Both the position numbers and the translations under genes were made by a program. Source: Candidatus Saganbacteria bacterium (GTDB lineage: Bacteria; Margulisbacteria; WOR-1; O2-12-FULL-45-9; XYB2-FULL-48-7). From it: DNA of 64,000 bases. A model generated the notes under the pieces. The model did not search any database. It was not told the DNA's origin and saw only the letters and a list, made by a program, of their open reading frames with translations. The stretch covers positions 2,376 to 66,375 of the forward strand of contig JAFGHC010000039.1 in assembly GCA_016939335.1 (NCBI GenBank), read 5' to 3'. Shown in pieces: positions 21,447 through 29,222 of this stretch; within the stretch, counting starts at the first letter, position 1; the number at the start of each line of letters is the position of its first letter.

Positions 21447-22229
21447 ATGAGCATCGTTTTCGCCGCGATCATGCCGCATCCGCCGATCCTTGTTCCGCCG
21501 ATCGGCAAAGAGCGCTTAAAGGACGCGGAAAAAAGCAAGCTGGCGCTGGAAGAGATCTCCCGCCGTTTTAAAAATCTTGATTTCGATACTATCGTCGTCA
21601 TCACGCCGCACGGCGACGTCGGCCAGGCCTCGGTCCCCGTCTACACCGGCCACGTTTTCGAGGGGAACTTCGGGGCGTTCGGCCTGCCCAAGCCTTCTTT
21701 CGTCTATAAAGGCGACCCGCAGCTCGGCCTGGCCGTCGTCAAGGATTCGCCGCTTGCCACCGCCTGCCCGGAGACGATCCTCGACCACGGCGTCCTCGTG
21801 CCGCTCTATTATCCGACCGCCGCCGGGATCAGGAAACTCCTCCTGCCGATCGCCGTCGGCTTTCTGCCGCTCTCAAAATTGTTCGAGTTCGGGCGGTCGC
21901 TCGCGCGGACGATCGACCGGCTCGGCCGGAAAGTTCTGCTGATCGCTTCCGCCGACCTGTCGCACCGGCTGACGCACGAGGGGCCGGGCGGCTACTCGCC
22001 GCGCGGCAAGGAATTCGACGACAAGCTGGTCGGGCTGGTCGGCAGTTACGACGTGAACGGGCTCCTGAAATTCGATCCCGACCTGGCGGAAGAGGCCGGG
22101 CAGGACGCCCTCTGGTCGATCGCGATCCTGCTCGGCGCGCTCGACGGTAAAAAGGTCGGGCCCGAGGTCATTTCTTACGAGGGGCCGTTCGGCGTCGGTT
22201 ATCTGGTCGCCGCTTTAGAGGTGAACTGA
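21447..22229 (+). CDS. AmmeMemoRadiSam protein B (MEMO1/LigB-like)
   Basis: [36 protein letters not shown]. Confidence 0.88.
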   Translation: MSIVFAAIMPHPPILVPPIGKERLKDAEKSKLALEEISRRFKNLDFDTIVVITPHGDVGQASVPVYTGHVFEGNFGAFGLPKPSFVYKGDPQLGLAVVKDSPLATACPETILDHGVLVPLYYPTAAGIRKLLLPIAVGFLPLSKLFEFGRSLARTIDRLGRKVLLIASADLSHRLTHEGPGGYSPRGKEFDDKLVGLVGSYDVNGLLKFDPDLAEEAGQDALWSIAILLGALDGKKVGPEVISYEGPFGVGYLVAALEVN

Positions 22230-22741
22230 TGGGCGAGCACCCGCTGGTCCAGCTGGCCAGAAGGACGATCGAAAAATATATCCGCGAAGGTTTGGTGCTT
22301 GAAACGCCGGCGGAGCCGACGCCGGAAATGAAGGAGCGGGCGGGCGTTTTCGTTTCGCTCCACCGCCGCGGCGAACTGCGCGGCTGTATCGGCACGTTCC
22401 AGCCGGCGGCGGAGAACGTTGCCAAGGAGATCATTAACAACGCGATCGAGGCGGCGACGCGCGACCCGCGCTTCCCGCCGCTCACGCCGGCCGAGCTGGC
22501 GGACCTGGAAATTTCGGTCGACGTCCTGGGCCGGCCCGAACCGGTCGCTTCGCAAGCCGAGCTTGACCCGAAGCAATACGGCTGTATCGTCCGGGCCGGC
22601 GCCCGCCGCGGGCTGCTCCTCCCCGACCTGCCGGGGGTGGAGACGGCCGGCCAGCAGATCGCCAGCTGCAAGGCGAAGGCCGGCATCCCGGAGCGGGACG
22701 AAGTGGAACTGTACAGGTTCGAAGTTAAGCGCTATCATTGA
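22229..22741 (+). CDS. AmmeMemoRadiSam protein A (AMMECR1)
   Basis: GVFVSL, LRGCIGT, DPRFPP, GLLLP. Confidence 0.92.
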   Translation: MGEHPLVQLARRTIEKYIREGLVLETPAEPTPEMKERAGVFVSLHRRGELRGCIGTFQPAAENVAKEIINNAIEAATRDPRFPPLTPAELADLEISVDVLGRPEPVASQAELDPKQYGCIVRAGARRGLLLPDLPGVETAGQQIASCKAKAGIPERDEVELYRFEVKRYH

Positions 22742-22744
22742 GAC

Positions 22745-22864
22745 AAAGTCAAAATTAAAAAGTCAAAAGTCAAAAGTGCAATTCAAAAGTAAAAAGTTGA
22801 CGAGCGTGGGTAAATTTTGAATTTTTACTTGTAATTTTGAATTTTTACTTTTGACTTTTGAATT
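22745..22864. repeat. Family B (AAAGTCA) palindromic MITE-like element
   Basis: aaagtcaaaattaaaaagtcaaaagtcaaaagt...ttttgaatttttacttttgacttttgaatt. Confidence 0.85.
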
Positions 22865-22905
22865 AGAAGGCCGTATCTTATGTTAAAGGGGAGTCGATGT
22901 AAGCT

Positions 22906-23958
22906 ATGTTGAAAGTTGGTATTATCGGGGCGGGCGGCTACGCCGGGGCGACGCTGATCAATCTTTTGCTGCGCCACCCGGAAGCCGCGATCGTCTGGCT
23001 GATGTCGGAGGACGCGCACCAGGGGAAAAAGATCGCCGATCTCTATCCGCATTTGACGGGGCAACTCAACCTCGCCTGCCAGACGCTGGCCGACCTTGAC
23101 AAGAATTTAAGCTCCATTGATCTCGTTTTCCTGGCCCTGCCGCACGGCATCGCTATTAATTATGTCCCCAGGATCATTGACGCCGGCAAGCGGGTCGTCG
23201 ACCTCGGGGCCGATTACCGCTTCGCCGACAACGCCGTCTTTAAAAAATGGTACGGCCTCGAGCACGCGACGGAAAAATATTTAAAACAGGCGGTCTTCGG
23301 CCTGCCCGAGCTCTACCGCGCCGAGATCAAGAAGACAAAGCTCGTCGGCAACCCCGGCTGTTATCCGACCGCCGCGATCCTCGGCGCGGCGCCGCTCGTG
23401 AAGCACGGCCTGGTCGAGCTCGATTCGCTCATCGTCGACGCCAAATCGGGCGTTTCCGGCGCGGGGCGCGGCGTCTCGCTCAAGGCCCACTTCTGCGAGC
23501 GGAACGAGGGGCTCGAGGCTTACGCCGTCACCACCCACCGCCATATGGGGGAGATAGAATATCAGATCAGCAGAATATCAGGGGGCCAGATAAACGTAAC
23601 GTTCGTCCCCCACCTGACGCCGATGACGCGCGGGATTTTGGCGACGATCTATGCCAAAGTCAAAAGTCAAAAGTCAAAAGTCAAAAATGAGGAATTAACG
23701 CAATTATATAAAGATTTTTATAAGGGCGAGCCGTTTGTCCGGGTCTTTGACGATAAATTGCCTAACACCAAGTTCGTGGCGGGGACCAATTATTGCGACA
23801 TCGGCGTGCAGTACAACGAAGCGACCGGGCAGGTGATCGTCATTTCGGCGATCGATAACCTCGTGAAAGGCGCGGCCGGCCAGGCCGTCCAGAACATGAA
23901 CCTTCTCTGCGGCTTCCCGGAAACGACTGCGCTCCAGCAGCTCGCCGTCTACCCATGA
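22906..23958 (+). CDS. argC: N-acetyl-gamma-glutamyl-phosphate reductase
   Basis: GAGGYAG, LALPHG, DLGADYR, NPGCYPT, SGVSGAG, DNLVKGAAGQAVQN. Confidence 0.97.
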   Translation: MLKVGIIGAGGYAGATLINLLLRHPEAAIVWLMSEDAHQGKKIADLYPHLTGQLNLACQTLADLDKNLSSIDLVFLALPHGIAINYVPRIIDAGKRVVDLGADYRFADNAVFKKWYGLEHATEKYLKQAVFGLPELYRAEIKKTKLVGNPGCYPTAAILGAAPLVKHGLVELDSLIVDAKSGVSGAGRGVSLKAHFCERNEGLEAYAVTTHRHMGEIEYQISRISGGQINVTFVPHLTPMTRGILATIYAKVKSQKSKVKNEELTQLYKDFYKGEPFVRVFDDKLPNTKFVAGTNYCDIGVQYNEATGQVIVISAIDNLVKGAAGQAVQNMNLLCGFPETTALQQLAVYP

Positions 23959-25061
23959 GCATCACCGCGCCGGAGGGCTTTACCGCGGCGGCGCTCGCCG
24001 CCGGCATCAAACAGTCGGGCAACCTCGACCTCGCCCTCATTTATTCCGAGGCGCCGGCGGCGGTCGCCGGAGTTTTTACCGGCAATAAATTCAAGGCGGC
24101 GCCCGTTCTTATTTCGCGGAAGCACATCAAGTCCGGTCTCTGCCAGGCGATCATCGCGAACGCCGGCTGCGCCAACTGCGGCACCGGCCGGCAGGGCCTG
24201 GCCGACGCCGAACTGATGGCGGCCGAGGCCGCCCGGGCGCTCGGCCTCAAACCGGAACATGTCCTTGTCACCTCGACCGGCTCGATCGGCAAGTTCCTGC
24301 CGATGAAAAATATCGTGCCGGCCATCCGGCCGCTGGCCGCGAAACTCGCGAAAGCGGGCGGGGCGGACGCCGCGCGGGCGATCATGACGACCGACACGCG
24401 CCCGAAGGAGATCGCCGTCAAAGTTGACGGCTACACCGTCGCCGGGATCGCCAAGGGCTCCGGCATGATCCATCCGGATCTGGCGACGATGCACGCCTTT
24501 ATCACCACCGACGCGGCGGTCCCGCGTGCGCTGCTGCAGAAATTCCTCAAGCAGGCGGTCGCCGTTTCGTTCAACATGACGACGGTCGATCAGTGCCAGT
24601 CGACCAACGACTGCGTCTTCGCGCTGGCGAACGGTCTCTCCGGGTCGCGGGTCACGAGTCACGGGTCGCAGGCGCGGTTTTACAAGGCGCTGGCAGCGGT
24701 CTGCGTTTATCTGGCCAAGGAGATCGCGCGCGACGGGGAGGGGGCGACCCAGCTGATCGAAGTACGGGTCAGCGGCGCGCGCAGCGACAAGGAAGCGCGG
24801 CTGGCCGCGCGCGCCATCGCCGGTTCCGATCTTTTGAAATGCGCCGCCTACGGCAGGGACTATAATCCCGGCCGGGTCCTGGCGGCGGCGGGCGCGACCG
24901 GCGTCCGGCTCGATCAGGACCGGATGACCGCTGACATGAAATTCCTTGATAAAGAAACGATCGTTACCTGTGACCTGGGCGTTGGCAAAGCTTCGGCCGT
25001 CGCCTGGGGCTGTGATCTGACCGAAGGGTACATTAAAATAAACGCGGAGTACCATACGTGA
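23955..25061 (+). CDS. argJ: Ornithine acetyltransferase
   Basis: STGSIG, IMTTDT, KGSGMIHPDLATM, STND, DGEGAT, WGCDLT..YIKINAEYHT. Confidence 0.95.
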   Translation: MSITAPEGFTAAALAAGIKQSGNLDLALIYSEAPAAVAGVFTGNKFKAAPVLISRKHIKSGLCQAIIANAGCANCGTGRQGLADAELMAAEAARALGLKPEHVLVTSTGSIGKFLPMKNIVPAIRPLAAKLAKAGGADAARAIMTTDTRPKEIAVKVDGYTVAGIAKGSGMIHPDLATMHAFITTDAAVPRALLQKFLKQAVAVSFNMTTVDQCQSTNDCVFALANGLSGSRVTSHGSQARFYKALAAVCVYLAKEIARDGEGATQLIEVRVSGARSDKEARLAARAIAGSDLLKCAAYGRDYNPGRVLAAAGATGVRLDQDRMTADMKFLDKETIVTCDLGVGKASAVAWGCDLTEGYIKINAEYHT

Positions 25062-25062
25062 A

Positions 25063-25198
25063 CAATCAAATAACAAACAACAAATTACAGACAATACCAA
25101 ATTGCCGAAATTCTAATGTTCAAAACGGCGCTGTTTATTCACTTTGATCATTGTGATTTAGAAATTGTTTGTTATTTGATGCTTGTTATTTGTTATTT
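25063..25198. repeat. Family C MITE-like inverted-repeat element, copy 1
   Basis: aatcaaataacaaacaacaaattacagacaataccaaatt...ttgtttgttatttgatgcttgttatttgttattt; similar copy at 41321-41451. Confidence 0.85.
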
Positions 25199-25217
25199 AT
25201 GAGGAATGGAGGCATGA

Positions 25218-26084
25218 ATGTTTAAGCATCTGATCAGACGCGCTAACGCGGTCCTGGAAGCTCTGCCGTACCTGACCAAGTTCAACGGCAAGACGATCGT
25301 CGTTAAATACGGCGGCGCGGCGATGCAGAGCGACGAGCTCAAACAGGGAGTGATCCAGGATATCGTCCTGCTCAAGATGTGCGGCATGGAGCCGATTCTT
25401 GTCCACGGCGGCGGCCCCGAGATCAACAAGTACCTGCGCAAGAAGGGGATCGAGCCGAAGTTCGTCGGCGGTTACCGCGTCACCGATAAGGAGACGATGA
25501 AGATCGTCCAGAAAGTGCTCGGCGAAAAGATCAACCAGCAGATCGTTTCGCTGATCAAAAAAGCGGGCGGCAAGGCCAAGGGGTTCTACGGCAAAAAGGG
25601 CCGCGTGATCAAAGCTTTCAAATACTGGAAGAAGGATGCCGAGGGGAACAAGCTCGACCTCGGCTTCACCGGCCAGGTCGGCGGCATCCGCTACCGCTAT
25701 CTCAACAAGTGGATGAAGCTCGGCTACATCCCGGTGCTGACCTCGATCGGGGTGGGGAAGCGCGGCGGCATCTACAATATAAATGCCGACAAGGCGGCGG
25801 CGGCGATCGCCGCCTACCTCAAGGCGGAAAAGCTGATCATGATGACCGACGTGCAAGGGGTCCTGGAGGGCGGCAAGCTGGTCTCCGAGCTGAACACCTA
25901 CCGGGCGGAGAAGATGATCAGGCAGGGCTCGATCTCCGGCGGCATGATCCCCAAGGTCAAGTCGTGCCTCTACGCCCTGCGCAAAGGGGTCAAGACCGCG
26001 CACATCATCGACGGCCGCCTGCCGCACTCGATCCTCCTCGAGCTCTTCACCGACCACGGCATCGGCACGATGGTAAGGAAATAG
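25218..26084 (+). CDS. argB: Acetylglutamate kinase
   Basis: VKYGGAAM, VHGGGPEI, YNINAD, GGMIPKV, ELFTDHGIGT. Confidence 0.97.
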   Translation: MFKHLIRRANAVLEALPYLTKFNGKTIVVKYGGAAMQSDELKQGVIQDIVLLKMCGMEPILVHGGGPEINKYLRKKGIEPKFVGGYRVTDKETMKIVQKVLGEKINQQIVSLIKKAGGKAKGFYGKKGRVIKAFKYWKKDAEGNKLDLGFTGQVGGIRYRYLNKWMKLGYIPVLTSIGVGKRGGIYNINADKAAAAIAAYLKAEKLIMMTDVQGVLEGGKLVSELNTYRAEKMIRQGSISGGMIPKVKSCLYALRKGVKTAHIIDGRLPHSILLELFTDHGIGTMVRK

Positions 26085-26907
26085 GGGGCAAGATGACTTG
26101 GCTGTCTAAAATACTTCATCGCAGTGGCCGGCCCCAAATTCCGGTTGGCATTTCCCCGAAGCCGAGTATTGATAGCCCAAATTGTCCGCGCTCATTTCTG
26201 GAGGAACGCTATCTGAGCGATGGACGACATTTTAGTATTGCCCAAAGGATTACGAGTAACCCGACAGTAGTGGCAAATGATTAACAAGGCTTCGATCAGC
26301 CGGGGTCAGGGGGAGTTGGCCGATCTGGCCCGCAGCCCGATCCATGATGTGAAAATACCGGTGGCCAAGAATTCAGCGGCAGGCGGCGATACACTACGAG
26401 AACTGGCGGTTGCGGCTGAGAAAGAGTTGCAGGATGTTAAATTGCCTGACTGGCAGGCCTGGCAGAAAGAGCCCAACAACAACATCTTAGCGGCTTGCGC
26501 CGCCCATCTGAATACCCCGCCGGATATTTTGGGGAGACTGGTAAAGGGCCCGAACTCGGGACGAATAGCCGTGCTTAATCCCCGGACGCCAGCGCAGGCA
26601 GTAGTTGATTATTTGAAGGCAAATGAGGAAAAGATAGCGGAAACAGAGCTTGGCTTGGCAGATCAATATTTTGTCGATCATTATCCGCTAGAAGAGACCC
26701 TGGTCGATCCAGCGGCGGTAAGGGAAATCGAGTTTTTATTGCAACTGGTCGGATCATTAGATAAGCGCTCGGACAGGCAAGACATTGAACAGAAATTGTC
26801 GACTGAAATGAAAGATCAGTTTGCGCAGCTGCGGCGAATTAATCAGCAAATGCTTGGTTCGCGCGCATAGACCACGGCATCGGCACGATGGTACGCAAAT
26901 AGGGGGC
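26052..26907 (+). repeat. 38-bp direct repeats (argB 3' end) flanking an inserted orphan cassette
   Basis: 26052-26089 gaccacggcatcggcacgatggtaAGGaaatagggggc versus 26870-26907 gaccacggcatcggcacgatggtaCGCaaatagggggc. Confidence 0.92.
26093..26870 (+). CDS. Orphan with LRV/HEAT-like repeats; split into 26093-26284 and 26277-26870, possibly by a 1-nt frameshift
   Basis: VAKNSAA..LRELA, AAHLNTPPDILGRL, AVLNPRTP motifs; removing one A in gcaaatg (26273-26279) fuses the ORFs. Confidence 0.65.
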
Positions 26908-27045
26908 GGGACAAAAGGCAAGTAAGGGCAAGTGAGGGCGGAACAAACGGTGGGAAAGAGAAAAAGGGCGCCCTTTGTTCCGCCTTTTGTTTTGCCCTTT
27001 CCCCCTTTCCTTGCCCTCCCTTGCCCTTTGTTCCGCCCTTTCCCT
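26901..27045. repeat. Family G palindromic element
   Basis: gggcgggacaaaaggcaagtaagggcaag...aaagggcgccctttgttccgcc...ttgccctttgttccgcccttt. Confidence 0.8.
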
Positions 27046-27052
27046 AATTCCC

Positions 27053-27080
27053 TGAAATTTCCCGGCCCCCCTGCCGAAGA
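27053..27080 (+). promoter_or_regulatory. Sigma-28-like promoter motif
   Basis: TGAAATTT-N12-GCCGAAGA, 9 nt before ATG 27090. Confidence 0.65.
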
Positions 27081-27089
27081 ATAACTGTT

Positions 27090-27608
27090 ATGGCATATAT
27101 GCGAATAGTCAGGGGGGATTCGGGAGACGCGATATTCCAGGCCAGGGCCGAGAGGTATTTCAATAGTTCGCGCTTTCCTCTGAACATGAAACATGAAGTG
27201 CTGGCCCTCTTCATGGGCAGGTGCCTGAATATCTCGAACTCTCCCCGTAGCGCCGTCCATCTGACCGGCGAGACCGTGGAGTCGCTGTCACGCAAATTTC
27301 CCGTAAGCCACCACGCCTTTGCCCAGACGGTACTGCTTGGCCCGGCAGACGGCTTTCTTTTTGAAATAACGCAGGCGGAATGGACCTTGAACCGGCACTG
27401 TTCTCTCTTTTCTTTACGGTTGCAGTATTCAAGCGGCGCCGACCTGGCCAAACCCCGGCAGGCCGCAGAAGTCGATTGGCCGGCGGTAGTAGCGAACCTC
27501 CGCGCTTACGTCATGTCTCGCATTCCGGAGTATTTGCGTTCCCAGACCCAGGCTTACTTCGAGGTTGAAAACAACGCCATCGATGGCCTGCTGATCGTCC
27601 CCCGCTAA
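27090..27608 (+). CDS. Orphan hypothetical protein
   Basis: 172-aa ORF directly behind the motif; no recognisable family. Confidence 0.7.
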   Translation: MAYMRIVRGDSGDAIFQARAERYFNSSRFPLNMKHEVLALFMGRCLNISNSPRSAVHLTGETVESLSRKFPVSHHAFAQTVLLGPADGFLFEITQAEWTLNRHCSLFSLRLQYSSGADLAKPRQAAEVDWPAVVANLRAYVMSRIPEYLRSQTQAYFEVENNAIDGLLIVPR

Positions 27609-27624
27609 AAACTTTCTTCAACCA

Positions 27625-27775
27625 CCCAACCCCTCTCCCCCTGGGAGAGGGCGTAAACGACAAAATATTGTATGACGAGAAATTGGGTGAGGGCTGTTCG
27701 CTTCTCCAGCTTCACCGCCTTTCCCCTCTCCCTCTGGGAGAGGGGGGCCGGTTTGTGTAAGCGGGTGAGGGCTGT
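27625..27775. repeat. Two REP-like CCCTCTCCCnnnGGGAGAGGG...GGGTGAGGG units between convergent genes
   Basis: Hairpins at 27631-27651 and 27724-27744, each followed by gggtgagggctgt. Confidence 0.85.
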
Positions 27776-27776
27776 C

Positions 27777-29207
27777 TCAAAGTGCCGCTATCGCCTTGTC
27801 CAGCCTCGCGCCGACCTTCTCTTTCCCCAGAATGGCGACCACATCGTACATCGGCGGGGTTTCGGCGCGGCCGGAGAGGGCGAGGCGGCACGGGTGGATG
27901 ACGGCGCCGAGTTTCAGCTTCATCTCTTCTGCCAGAGTTTTGAAAACCGGCTCGATCTTCTCTTTGGCGAAAGGCTCAAGCGCGGCCAGGCGGTCCTTCA
28001 AAGTCGTCAGGATAACTTTTGCGTTCGCCGTCTTAAAATGCTTCTCGGCCGCCTTGGGGTCATATTCAAAATCATCTTTAAAGAAATAAGCCGAGAGCCC
28101 GACGATCTCGGGGATGAGGACCAGCCGGTCCTGGAAGACCGCGACGACTTTTTTCATGTACGCCAGGTCGTGCCTGCCGTAAGCGTCGATGAGGAGCGGT
28201 TCGCACAGGTCGAAGAGCCGCTCCGGCAGCAGCTTGCGGATATACTGGCCGTTCAGCCACTTGAGCTTTTCCATGTCGAAGACCGCCGGGTTCTTCGTCA
28301 CCCCGTCGAGCGAAAAGAACTCGATCAGCTCCTGCCGGGAAAAGACCTCCTGGTCGCCGTGCCCCCAGCCGAGCCGGGCGATGTAATTGATCATCGCTTC
28401 GGGCAGATATCCCAGGCCGTTGTACTCGATGACCGAGGTCGCGCCGTGCCGCTTCGACAGCCGCGCTTTGTCCCGGCCGAGGATCATCGGCAGGTGGGCG
28501 AATTTGGGGAGCGCCCAGCCGAACGCCTGGTATAATAAAATTTGGCGCGGCGTGTTGGAAAGATGGTCGTCCCCGCGGATGACGTGCGAGATTTCCATCA
28601 GGTGGTCGTCGACCACGCAGGCGAAATTGTAGGTCGGGAAGCCGTCCGACTTCAAGATGACGAAGTCGTCGAGCACTTCGTTCTGGAAAACGACCCGCCC
28701 GCGGACCAGGTCGTCGACCGCCGTCTCGCCGACCGGCGGCAGCCGGAACCGGATGACGTACGGCGTCCCGGCGGCCAGTTTGGCCTTGAGCTCTTCGGCG
28801 GAGCGTTTGCGGCAGGTGCCGTCGTAGCGCGGCGCCTCTTTTCTGGCTTCGGCTTCTTTCCGGCGCTGCGCTAGCTCTTCCGCCGTGCAGAAACAGTAGT
28901 AGGCTTTGCCTTCGTCGACCAATTGTTGCGCGTATTTCTGGTGGAGCGCCAATCTTTCCGTTTGGTAATAGGGGCCGAATGGGCCGCCGGTGTTGGGACC
29001 TTCGTCCCAGTCGATCCCCAGCCATTCGAGGCCGTGAAAGATCGCTTTGTTGGCCTCAAGCGTCGAGCGCTCCCGGTCGGTGTCCTCGATCCGCAGGATG
29101 AACTTGCCGTTCAGGTGGCGGGCGAAGAGCCAATTGAAGAGCGCGGTCCGCGCGCCGCCGATGTGCAGGGCGCCGGTGGGGCTGGGTGCAAAGCGTACTC
29201 GTACCAT
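27777..29207 (-). CDS. gltX: Glutamate--tRNA ligase
   Basis: RFAPSPTG, HIGG, LRIEDTD, VIRGDDH, LSKRHG. Confidence 0.97.
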   Translation of the reverse strand: MVRVRFAPSPTGALHIGGARTALFNWLFARHLNGKFILRIEDTDRERSTLEANKAIFHGLEWLGIDWDEGPNTGGPFGPYYQTERLALHQKYAQQLVDEGKAYYCFCTAEELAQRRKEAEARKEAPRYDGTCRKRSAEELKAKLAAGTPYVIRFRLPPVGETAVDDLVRGRVVFQNEVLDDFVILKSDGFPTYNFACVVDDHLMEISHVIRGDDHLSNTPRQILLYQAFGWALPKFAHLPMILGRDKARLSKRHGATSVIEYNGLGYLPEAMINYIARLGWGHGDQEVFSRQELIEFFSLDGVTKNPAVFDMEKLKWLNGQYIRKLLPERLFDLCEPLLIDAYGRHDLAYMKKVVAVFQDRLVLIPEIVGLSAYFFKDDFEYDPKAAEKHFKTANAKVILTTLKDRLAALEPFAKEKIEPVFKTLAEEMKLKLGAVIHPCRLALSGRAETPPMYDVVAILGKEKVGARLDKAIAAL

Positions 29208-29222
29208 GTATAATATTCTATC

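Noticed and set aside
27672-28535. ORF beginning in the REP-like repeats
   Set aside because: Repeat-derived start and antisense to gltX
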